This document shows, one piece after another, positions 1 to 5,468 of a stretch of DNA of 6,069 nucleotides. Each line of letters starts with the position of its first letter. Position 1 is the first letter of the stretch. Location: IMG/VR virus record IMGVR_UViG_3300045988_012314, positions 1-6,069 of that record, one strand, 5' to 3'. The notes beneath the pieces are model-generated. The model was not told the origin of the DNA, ran no database searches, and saw nothing but the letters and a program-made list of their open reading frames with translations. This DNA is from a virus. A program made the translations under genes and the position numbers.

Positions 1-77
1 TTTGTTCCTAGTACGTATACAATTCCTTTTTCGATTTTGTCTAGGAATAGTTTTTCACGTTCTTCTTCTGTAAATAG
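1..77. repeat. Terminal direct repeat, copy 1 (identical to 5993..6069); marks circular closure, unit length 5,992 nt
   Basis: Base-by-base comparison shows tttgttcctagtacgtatacaattcctttttcgattttgtctaggaatagtttttcacgttcttcttctgtaaatag at both ends of the window. The reading frame of the Rep gene is continuous across the implied junction. Confidence 0.95.
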
Positions 78-773
78 TTTGTTTCTGTAATAAATTGGTA
101 GGTTGAGTTTTCCTCCGTTTCTCATTCGGTATGATTCGTTTGTTTCGCCTGGTATATATACATGTCTTTTGGCATCCTCTCGCTTGAGGTATCCTGCTCC
201 TATTCCTGCCGAACAAAGCACCTTTCCTCTGAATTTTGGGTGCTTTTCGTCAATTTTTAACATGTATTTTGTAATGTAGTTTATAGTTTTTTCATTCACA
301 AAATATCCGGTGAATGTGATTCCGTATTTCCAATTGTCCGTTACTTTCTTTCCATTTCCCAAGCCCCAAACTATTCCATGGAGATGCAATCTTTCTGTTT
401 TCTCGTGTCCGAGTTCTGTAATAAACCAGTGCTTTACGGATTTTCCGGTTAACTTTCGTACTCTTTCTAAGCATAGTCTTATAGCTTTTGTTGCAATATC
501 GTTATTATCTTTTAATTTGTATTTTTGTTTCAGTTGTTTGTATGATTTATCGTCGATTGTCAGTGTTAGAAAGTAGGCGTTTGGCGTTTGTCTGTTTTCT
601 TCTGACATTCTTACCACCCATTGTCTTTGCTTTTGTTTCCTGCATTCATAGCAGTCCCCGCATGCTGCTGTTACATAACGTAGTCTTTCATCAGGGCAAA
701 CAGGCGGTACCCCGCCGTTTTTCTTTGTTGGTAGGTACCGCTTATTTGGTATGAGTTTCGGATATAGACACAT
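1..773 (-). CDS. VP4: Replication initiation protein VP4/Rep (HUH-type rolling-circle endonuclease), N-terminal 257 codons plus 2 nt; continues across the circular junction into 5992..5728
   Basis: Manual translation of the - strand. The ATG is at 773..771, 4 nt after the VP2 stop, and the frame stays open to position 1, which is why it is absent from the ORF track. The protein begins MCLYPKLIPNKRYLPTKKNGGVPPVCPDERLRYVTAACGDCYECRKQKQRQWVVRMSEENRQTPNAYFLTLTIDD. It continues ...HWFITELGHEKTERLHLHGIVWGL...NEKTINYITKYMLKIDEKHPKF.... This gives the Cys cluster CGDCYEC, motif 1 YFLTLT, the His motif HLHGIVW and the Tyr motif YITKYMLK, as expected for microvirus VP4/A-type initiators. Confidence 0.93.
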   Translation of the reverse strand, partial: MCLYPKLIPNKRYLPTKKNGGVPPVCPDERLRYVTAACGDCYECRKQKQRQWVVRMSEENRQTPNAYFLTLTIDDKSYKQLKQKYKLKDNNDIATKAIRLCLERVRKLTGKSVKHWFITELGHEKTERLHLHGIVWGLGNGKKVTDNWKYGITFTGYFVNEKTINYITKYMLKIDEKHPKFRGKVLCSAGIGAGYLKREDAKRHVYIPGETNESYRMRNGGKLNLPIYYRNKLFTEEEREKLFLDKIEKGIVYVLGT

Positions 774-777
774 ATTA

Positions 778-1812
778 TTAAAGTCCTGTTTTTCCTACTT
801 TTGCTCCTAGTGCTGCCCCTGCTCCTTTCGAAGCTATTTCGAGCATTCCAAGTACAATGTCTTTGATGAGCTTTTGCTCTTCAATATTCAGACCTTTTTT
901 GCCTAAGTCGTATCTATTGAATACATCTTGTGCATAGGCTTCCATTTGTTCTTTTTGGATGATTAATGCCTTTCCTTTTTTGGTAAGCTCTTCCCATCCT
1001 TGTAGAATTTGTGCTGGAATTGCTTTTGCTTGCTCTTCATTGACTTTTCTCTGGCTTCCTTTGAGTAATATTTCACTCATCAGATTTTGAAGTGTTAGAG
1101 AGGATTCTTTCACTTTATTGTCAATTGTTCTTTCTTTTAACTCGTTGTCGAGTTTCATCCCGTTGATTTCTTCAGCTAGTTTATCAATTCCCTTTTGTAG
1201 GCTCTTGATGTTCCAGCGTGTTTCATCGGCTTTGTCTTTTGTCCAATCTGCCATGTTTCGTTTAAGTTCCTCTTCTGCATCTGCTACTCTGATTTGTCCT
1301 AAGATGAGCCCTTTCTTCGCTTTTTCGTTTGAAGTTTGCGCTATCAGGTTATCTATGGTAGCTTCTTGTGTTCTGGTGTCTACACCGCTTATTTTTTCGG
1401 CTTCGGCTTTATTCTTCTCTGCTTGGCTTTCGTTAAGTCTTGTTTGACTCATTACGTTTGCCAATTGTAGAGCCATTCCTTGCGCTTGGAGTCCTATTTC
1501 TGTTCCTGTTTTGCTAGGTTGTCCTACTCCGCTAGCTTGTCCTGCTCCGCTCGTGCTTCCGCCTGCTCCACCTTGTCCGTATATGAGACCAGGGCTTAGC
1601 CCTGCGCCTTTTATATGTCTCATAGTGTTTTCGTAATTGGTGTAATTCCATAAATCCCTTGCCAATCCTGTGGAATAAAACGCTTGTTGTTTATTTAGCT
1701 CCGCTTGGTGCTCCATCAATTGTTTGTTCTCTTCAAATTGGTCTTTTTTCGCCTGATTTCCCATTATTCCTTTGGCAATTCCGGCTCCTATACCCATTAT
1801 TGCTCCTAGCAT
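778..1812 (-). CDS. VP2: DNA pilot / minor capsid protein VP2 (344 aa)
   Basis: Listed ORF with an ATG start and TAA stop. It has a Gly-rich hydrophobic N-terminus (MLGAIMGIGAGIAKGIMG). The segment NYTNYENTMRHIKGAGLSPGLIYGQGGAGG resembles the conserved NT..QR...D.K.AGLNP.L block of microvirus VP2/H-type pilot proteins. A long Lys/Glu-rich, coiled-coil-like central region follows. The gene sits directly upstream of Rep. Confidence 0.85.
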   Translation of the reverse strand: MLGAIMGIGAGIAKGIMGNQAKKDQFEENKQLMEHQAELNKQQAFYSTGLARDLWNYTNYENTMRHIKGAGLSPGLIYGQGGAGGSTSGAGQASGVGQPSKTGTEIGLQAQGMALQLANVMSQTRLNESQAEKNKAEAEKISGVDTRTQEATIDNLIAQTSNEKAKKGLILGQIRVADAEEELKRNMADWTKDKADETRWNIKSLQKGIDKLAEEINGMKLDNELKERTIDNKVKESSLTLQNLMSEILLKGSQRKVNEEQAKAIPAQILQGWEELTKKGKALIIQKEQMEAYAQDVFNRYDLGKKGLNIEEQKLIKDIVLGMLEIASKGAGAALGAKVGKTGL

Positions 1813-1829
1813 AATTATTTACATTTTCG

Positions 1830-1849
1830 CGCTTTCATGTCTGAAAGCG
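1830..1849. repeat. Inverted repeat / hairpin CGCTTTCA-TGTC-TGAAAGCG (8-bp stem, 4-nt loop), 17 nt upstream of the VP2 start
   Basis: Perfect complementarity read directly from the sequence. No U/T tract follows it on the - strand. Confidence 0.7.
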
Positions 1850-1899
1850 ATATTCATATTACTTGATAATAAATTGTAGGTGCGTACTTCCGTGTATTT

Positions 1900-1917
1900 T
1901 CCGGTAATTAAACCGGA
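1900..1917. repeat. Inverted repeat / hairpin TCCGGT-AATTAA-ACCGGA (6-bp stem)
   Basis: Perfect complementarity. A third CCGG-containing palindrome, CTCCGGAG, lies at 1924..1931, so CCGGA (1913..1917) could alternatively pair with TCCGG (1925..1929). Confidence 0.6.
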
Positions 1918-1950
1918 CAAATACTCCGGAGTGCTTGTTACCTACAAGGC

Positions 1951-1970
1951 TTTGAAGATACCTCTTCAAA
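1951..1970. repeat. Inverted repeat / hairpin TTTGAAGA-TACC-TCTTCAAA (8-bp stem, 4-nt loop), starting 4 nt after the stop of the 105-aa ORF
   Basis: Perfect complementarity. Its position just 3' of a stop codon on the - strand suggests a transcript 3'-end or attenuator hairpin, but no U tract follows. A further 5-bp hairpin, CTTGT-TACCT-ACAAG, lies at 1934..1948. Confidence 0.6.
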
Positions 1971-1974
1971 CAGT

Positions 1975-2292
1975 TTAGTTTTCAGAGGGAGAGCCTCCCG
2001 GTATTTTATCAGGTACATTTCCAAAATCTTCAGGTTTTGGAGCTGTTTCTTTCTTTGCTGAAGCTCTTGTGATTTTATCGTAGGCGTCCATAGCTATATC
2101 AAACCTGTCTGTTCGTATATTGTACGCTGGTAGTACACCGTCTTCTTTTGCTGTATAGATAATTGGTGCTGTATCTGTAATTGGTTCTTTGTCTTGAAGG
2201 ATTCTTGCGCATTTTGTTTCAATGCTTTCACCTTCGTAGATTTCTATTGATTTTAATCTACCGTTATTTTTTGATGGAAATGAGTATTTCAT
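1975..2292 (-). CDS. Hypothetical protein, 105 aa from ATG 2292 (118 aa if the GTG at 2331 inside the VP1 3' end is used); function unassigned
   Basis: The listed ORF 1975..2331 begins with GTG (cac at 2329..2331) and would overlap VP1. The first ATG, at 2292..2290, lies 13 nt after the VP1 TAA and gives MKYSFPSKNNGRLKSIEIYEGE...PIIYTAKEDGVLPAYNIRTDRFDIAMDAYDKI.... It is co-oriented and tightly packed with its neighbours. I cannot confirm a family. A scaffolding role is only a positional guess. Confidence 0.6.
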   Translation of the reverse strand: MKYSFPSKNNGRLKSIEIYEGESIETKCARILQDKEPITDTAPIIYTAKEDGVLPAYNIRTDRFDIAMDAYDKITRASAKKETAPKPEDFGNVPDKIPGGSPSEN

Positions 2293-2305
2293 AATGTTAT
2301 AATTT

Positions 2306-4240
2306 TTATAAGTTAGGAATTTGTTTTGCACTAATTAGACGTCTTACTCTGATGTCAAATTTTGTTTGCACCCAAAAGTTCATAGCGTCTAGGTTTGTAT
2401 CTGCAAAGATGTAATTGAATTTTATTGGGTCTATATAAGTTGTTAAATCTTCAATCTGTTTGTTTGGACTGATTGAATAGTTACGATTGAGCACCATAAA
2501 GCTTTCACTCATTCCAGGCGCGAAATTTCCGAACGTCCTATTTACATTTGTCATGTAGTTAATCCAAGCTACTGTCTTACCTGCGGATGTACGTTTTAAG
2601 CCTGGGTCTGTTGTAAAGTAGTCTGCCCACCATGCACGTTCACCGTTTAATGAGTCTTGGTATCCGATTCCGTCTAGTGCTGGTTTGTGCCAATCATCCA
2701 TTGTTTCTAGGTATGTATCCCAGGTATTTCCCTGTCCATAGTCGATTCGTGGAGTGATTGAACAGATACACATAATATAACATGGTTCTGTTACTTTGAT
2801 ACGGATATGTCCGCCTTTTTGGCGTTCTGTTGTTACTCCTCGTCCGGCTAGTGTTCCTAGTGGTTCGTCTCCGGATGCGCTGTTGCTTACTACTTCTTGA
2901 AATACAATTTCTTGGCTTACACCACCTTCGAAGGTTGGTGTTTCGCATCTCTCCATGTAGTTACCTCCAGTGTATACTGTTTCTAGCCAATCTCGGTAAG
3001 TTCCTCCTGAAATTGCGATTCTATTGAGGAAGTTGTATACCTTCTGCGACAGGTTTAAGGCGTCCATTGATAGCGTACCGTCTGATACGTCTACGGCACT
3101 TGCTTCGTTAATTCCGTTTACGCCCTCTATCCACTCCGTGTTTATCCAATTTTGATACAAATCACTGTTGTAAGTTTTTAGGCATAATCCGTATTGTGGG
3201 TCCGTTGAGTTTAGTTTGTTGTTTACGGCTTTTCTTTTTACAAAGTTAGTGAACGGCGCTATACTCATTGATGTTTTTGATATATCAAATACAACATCTC
3301 CTGCCGTTAATAGTATTTTATCTCTGATTGTGTCTAGGTTTTCTAGTGGATAACTTTCTAGTGTTGTTCTGTTTATTGTTTGTACACTTCGAATATACCA
3401 TGTTTCCCCTTCTGGGACATTTTTCGTTGTTATTGTTATTAATTCTCCTGATATTTTCCATGTTCCTATATCTCCTGGTGCAAGTATTACACTTTGTCCT
3501 GTTGGTGAATTTTTTGCTACTTTGATTTGTAGCTCGTTTTGTTTTATTGTATTTGGACTTAATGCTATCAGTCCTGTGTTGTTAATTCTCCCTTCATTAC
3601 TTGGAATTGCATTCGGATTTACCCTTTTTCCGTTGATTGTTACTATTATTTCTTCAGTATTTCCGATAATATAAAAGTTTTCTTCCTGCGTGTTGGCGTA
3701 GTAGTTTTTAAAGATGTCATAGTATGCTAGTATTGGTACTGCGTTTTTGAATATGCTTTTTGTGTCTGGTTTGGTTATGTTCGCATAACCTCTTATTCCT
3801 AGGTATGCAAGTAAACAACTTGGATTTACTTGACTCCATTGCTCCTCCTCTGTTGTTGTAGCGTCGTAATTGCCGTTTAGTATTAAGCCTATTTGTGGTA
3901 ATTTTACTTTTGCCATATTCAGACCGATTTTTGTTCGGTTGTTATGTAGCCAACTGTTATACAATCTTACAGGTGCCGCATAGATGTGATGCTCTAGTTT
4001 GAATGACCCGAATAAAGGCCCTGTTGTTGGATGAGTAAGTACGTTTGCTTCTATATCGATGTCAAATGTATCACCTTTTTGCCCTACTAAGCATAGGTTT
4101 GGTACTAATGTTCCAGGACTTTGCGTATTTCTTACAATGGTTGATAAGTCATGAGTTGACATGTTATACTCATGCAGGCTTACTGACATTTTATTATTGT
4201 CACCAATGGTATTTTTACCGATATTCTTTTGAATTGACAT
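2306..4240 (-). CDS. VP1: Major capsid protein VP1 (phage F-type jelly-roll capsid protein), 644 aa
   Basis: Listed ORF with an ATG start and TAA stop. The N-terminal block HDLSTIVRNTQSPGTLVPNLCLVGQKGDTFDIDIEANVLTHPTTGPLFGSFKLEHHIYAAPVRLYNSWLHNN follows the conserved microvirus capsid pattern (DLS...G.L.P.....PGDTF......R..TP..P......L....FFVP.RL.W). The C-terminal ...FNYIFADTNLDAMNFWVQTKFDIRVRRLISAKQIP is also typical of the family. An AAGGAG sequence lies about 9 nt upstream of the ATG. Confidence 0.95.
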   Translation of the reverse strand: MSIQKNIGKNTIGDNNKMSVSLHEYNMSTHDLSTIVRNTQSPGTLVPNLCLVGQKGDTFDIDIEANVLTHPTTGPLFGSFKLEHHIYAAPVRLYNSWLHNNRTKIGLNMAKVKLPQIGLILNGNYDATTTEEEQWSQVNPSCLLAYLGIRGYANITKPDTKSIFKNAVPILAYYDIFKNYYANTQEENFYIIGNTEEIIVTINGKRVNPNAIPSNEGRINNTGLIALSPNTIKQNELQIKVAKNSPTGQSVILAPGDIGTWKISGELITITTKNVPEGETWYIRSVQTINRTTLESYPLENLDTIRDKILLTAGDVVFDISKTSMSIAPFTNFVKRKAVNNKLNSTDPQYGLCLKTYNSDLYQNWINTEWIEGVNGINEASAVDVSDGTLSMDALNLSQKVYNFLNRIAISGGTYRDWLETVYTGGNYMERCETPTFEGGVSQEIVFQEVVSNSASGDEPLGTLAGRGVTTERQKGGHIRIKVTEPCYIMCICSITPRIDYGQGNTWDTYLETMDDWHKPALDGIGYQDSLNGERAWWADYFTTDPGLKRTSAGKTVAWINYMTNVNRTFGNFAPGMSESFMVLNRNYSISPNKQIEDLTTYIDPIKFNYIFADTNLDAMNFWVQTKFDIRVRRLISAKQIPNL

Positions 4241-4243
4241 AAT

Positions 4244-4516
4244 TTATTTCTCCTTTTTGTTTTCGTTAGTATTCTTTGTTTTTTTTGCAGTTCGTTTTAG
4301 TTTCTTCTCATATTCATCTGCTTCCTTACATGCATAGATCATTGCGGAAATCAGATTCCAGTCTATGGAGTTGATTCTTTTTTCTGCTGCTTCACGCGTT
4401 GGAAATTTTTCATTTGTTGCCAAATGTTTGCCAATTACAATCATGTATTCTTTCTCTTCTTGAGTTGTTGGTAATACCTTGAATACATCTTTCATGTCGT
4501 TAAATTCTCTTTCCAT
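4244..4516 (-). CDS. Hypothetical protein, 90 aa, with a Lys-rich C-terminal tail (KKLKRTAKKTKNTNENKKEK)
   Basis: Listed ORF with ATG at 4516, starting 2 nt after the upstream stop and ending 3 nt before the VP1 ATG. The basic tail is compatible with nucleic-acid binding, like the small basic DNA-packaging proteins of other microviruses, but that is inference only. Confidence 0.55.
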   Translation of the reverse strand: MEREFNDMKDVFKVLPTTQEEKEYMIVIGKHLATNEKFPTREAAEKRINSIDWNLISAMIYACKEADEYEKKLKRTAKKTKNTNENKKEK

Positions 4517-4518
4517 TT

Positions 4519-4725
4519 TTAATAGTTTTTAGGATTGATACTAATTTTTGTACTATCAACGCTTGACGTCGATGTTTGTTCGGTCTTTTGCGTTGAGTTT
4601 TGATTGTTTTTGCTTACGGATAGACTCATTGTACACGACTGCACACATAAGGTCGTAATTATAGCTATGATCGCCGTACTGATAGCTCGGATAATTTCTG
4701 TCCATTGATTACCTGTAATTTTCAT
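4519..4725 (-). CDS. Small membrane-anchored or lipoprotein-like protein, 68 aa
   Basis: Listed ORF whose ATG follows the upstream TAA by 1 nt (TAA-C-ATG). It has a short charged N-region (MKITGNQWTEIIR), then a hydrophobic stretch AISTAIIAIITTL, then Cys residues (TTLC, VQSC). The tail is Ser/Thr/Asn/Gln-rich and looks disordered. Confidence 0.6.
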   Translation of the reverse strand: MKITGNQWTEIIRAISTAIIAIITTLCVQSCTMSLSVSKNNQNSTQKTEQTSTSSVDSTKISINPKNY

Positions 4726-4726
4726 G

Positions 4727-4981
4727 TTAGAATAATTTTAATTGTTTTTGTTTCCAAATTTTTGTATCTTGTTCATCTTTGTCAAAAGTTTTTTCGCATA
4801 TTAACCTCCTTTCTTGTTTTGTGAAGATATACTTTTTTGTAATAACATCTTCATCTAGTTCATAACATATTTTCTTCATTTTTATTGATGTGTTGAAGTA
4901 CACGTAATTTTTTAGCTCCTGAAATGTATTGAAAATATATCCGTCTGCTTCATATTTTCTAATCTTTTTCGGTTTTTTCAT
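4727..4981 (-). CDS. Hypothetical protein, 84 aa
   Basis: Listed ORF with an ATG start that overlaps the upstream ORF by 23 nt. It is co-oriented within the tightly packed small-gene block. I recognise no motif. Confidence 0.5.
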   Translation of the reverse strand: MKKPKKIRKYEADGYIFNTFQELKNYVYFNTSIKMKKICYELDEDVITKKYIFTKQERRLICEKTFDKDEQDTKIWKQKQLKLF

Positions 4982-5162
4982 TTTCGTTAGGATATAATTT
5001 CCATGATTCTACTACTGCTATTATACGCTCGTCTTTTGGTACGACTGCCTTTGCAATTGTTACCGCTATTTTGTATGTACATTCTGTTGGTATTTCTTTT
5101 ACCATTACATGAAACGTAGGATTATCTCCTGTTGTGATTACTGAAAATTTTGTTGCTGCCAT
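4959..5162 (-). CDS. Hypothetical protein, 67 aa
   Basis: Listed ORF with an ATG start and TAG stop. It starts 36 nt downstream of the stop codon of the 49-aa ORF. I recognise no motif. Confidence 0.5.
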   Translation of the reverse strand: MAATKFSVITTGDNPTFHVMVKEIPTECTYKIAVTIAKAVVPKDERIIAVVESWKLYPNENEKTEKD

Positions 5163-5191
5163 AGTTTTGTAATTTTTTAAGTTAATATTAT

Positions 5192-5208
5192 GGAGGCTTT
5201 AAGCCTCC
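5192..5208. repeat. Palindrome / hairpin GGAGGC-TTTAA-GCCTCC (6-7 bp stem) overlapping the stop codon of the 49-aa ORF
   Basis: Perfect inverted repeat read directly. On the - strand the TAA stop (5199..5201) sits in the loop. The sequence after the hairpin is A-rich rather than U-rich on the - strand, so this is not a canonical intrinsic terminator. Confidence 0.7.
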
Positions 5209-5209
5209 G
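5197..5209. repeat. 13-nt direct repeat CTTTAAGCCTCCG, copy 1 (copy 2 at 5456..5468)
   Basis: Exact match read from the sequence. This copy forms the right half of the 5192..5208 palindrome. Confidence 0.8.
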
Positions 5210-5348
5210 ATATTGATTTAATGTATTCTCCTTTTTTTAGAAGTAATTTTGCATATTTAATAGCATCATTGAAACTTCCTTTTTTTACAAACGTTGAATT
5301 TTCTTTAGTCTCTTTGTTTCTGATAGTGATAATGTAGATAGTTTTCAT
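5199..5348 (-). CDS. Unlisted small ORF, 49 aa (MKTIYIITIRNKETKENSTFVKKGSFNDAIKYAKLLLKKGEYIKSISEA)
   Basis: Found by manual translation and absent from the ORF track, presumably because of a length cutoff. It runs from ATG 5348..5346 to TAA 5201..5199. AAGGAGGT lies 4 nt upstream of the ATG, the strongest ribosome-binding site I found in the genome. A promoter-like match lies about 30-60 nt upstream. Confidence 0.6.
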   Translation of the reverse strand: MKTIYIITIRNKETKENSTFVKKGSFNDAIKYAKLLLKKGEYIKSISEA

Positions 5349-5352
5349 ATTG

Positions 5353-5360
5353 ACCTCCTT
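5353..5360 (-). promoter_or_regulatory. Shine-Dalgarno sequence AAGGAGGT for the 49-aa ORF
   Basis: The + strand acctcctt at 5353..5360 is AAGGAGGT on the - strand, followed by the spacer CAAT and then ATG. Confidence 0.6.
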
Positions 5361-5376
5361 GTTTTTTATTACACTA

Positions 5377-5408
5377 CAAATATACGTGTTTTTTTTGATT
5401 CCTGCAAA
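5377..5408 (-). promoter_or_regulatory. Candidate promoter for the small-gene block. Bacteroides-type: -33 TTTG (5408..5405) and -7 TATATTTG (5384..5377). It can also be read as a sigma70-like TTGCAG-N17-TATATT.
   Basis: The - strand reads AATTTGCAGGAATCAAAAAAAACACGTATATTTGTAG. TATATTTG fits the published Bacteroides consensus TAnnTTTG exactly, and TTTG lies 20 nt upstream. The site is in a 25% G+C stretch, so AT-rich matches arise easily by chance. Confidence 0.4.
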
Positions 5409-5455
5409 TTTTCTGATATTTATCTGAAGCTTTTAACTTTTATTAGCAATAGTAT

Positions 5456-5468
5456 CTTTAAGCCTCCG
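5456..5468. repeat. 13-nt direct repeat CTTTAAGCCTCCG, copy 2
   Basis: Exact match to 5197..5209. It sits at the boundary between the GC-rich structured block and the AT-rich promoter region. Confidence 0.8.

Noticed and set aside
688-694. CUGAUGA (hammerhead core box) on the - strand
   Set aside because: It lies inside the conserved N-terminal coding region of Rep (codons for Pro-Asp-Glu). I could not find flanking helices or a GAAA box arranged as a hammerhead.
310-754. + strand ORFs 310..576 and 488..754 (88 aa each) and the - strand ORF 292..474 (60 aa)
   Set aside because: All lie inside the Rep coding region, either antisense or in a different frame. Their products are low-complexity and Phe/Leu/Ser/Val-rich or Arg/Lys-rich, with no start context. 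They are typical shadow ORFs of an A-rich coding strand.
1118-1447. + strand ORF of 109 aa antisense to VP2
   Set aside because: It is a Ser/Leu/Phe-rich antisense shadow of the Lys/Glu-rich coiled-coil region of VP2. Every supported gene is on the - strand, as expected for a microvirus.
2694-2948. 84-aa Arg-rich ORF in an alternative frame inside VP1 (same strand), a possible overprinted gene like phiX174 E or K
   Set aside because: It is tempting because microviruses do overprint genes. However, an open alternative frame of this length within 1.9 kb is roughly what chance allows (my estimate is about 0.5 expected). I see no ribosome-binding site, and it sits in the more GC-rich conserved part of VP1, where stop codons are scarce. 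It would need conservation evidence.
2830-4242. + strand ORFs 2830..3027, 3328..3525 and 4045..4242 (65 aa each)
   Set aside because: They are antisense shadows inside VP1 with hydrophobic, low-complexity products.
4959-4981. A-runs (GAAAAAACC, GAAAAAG) in the 23-nt overlap of the 67-aa and 84-aa ORFs as a programmed frameshift or slippage site
   Set aside because: The downstream frame is +1 relative to the upstream ORF, so the AAAAAAC heptamer is not in the register needed for a -1 shift. The A-runs of 5-6 nt are shorter than those known to give efficient transcriptional slippage. The downstream ORF also has its own ATG, so an ordinary overlap explains it.
1830-5208. Calling the hairpins at 1830..1849, 1951..1970 and 5192..5208 rho-independent terminators
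   Set aside because: None is followed by a U-rich tract on the - (coding) strand, so I list them only as inverted repeats. They may still act as attenuators or stabilisers.
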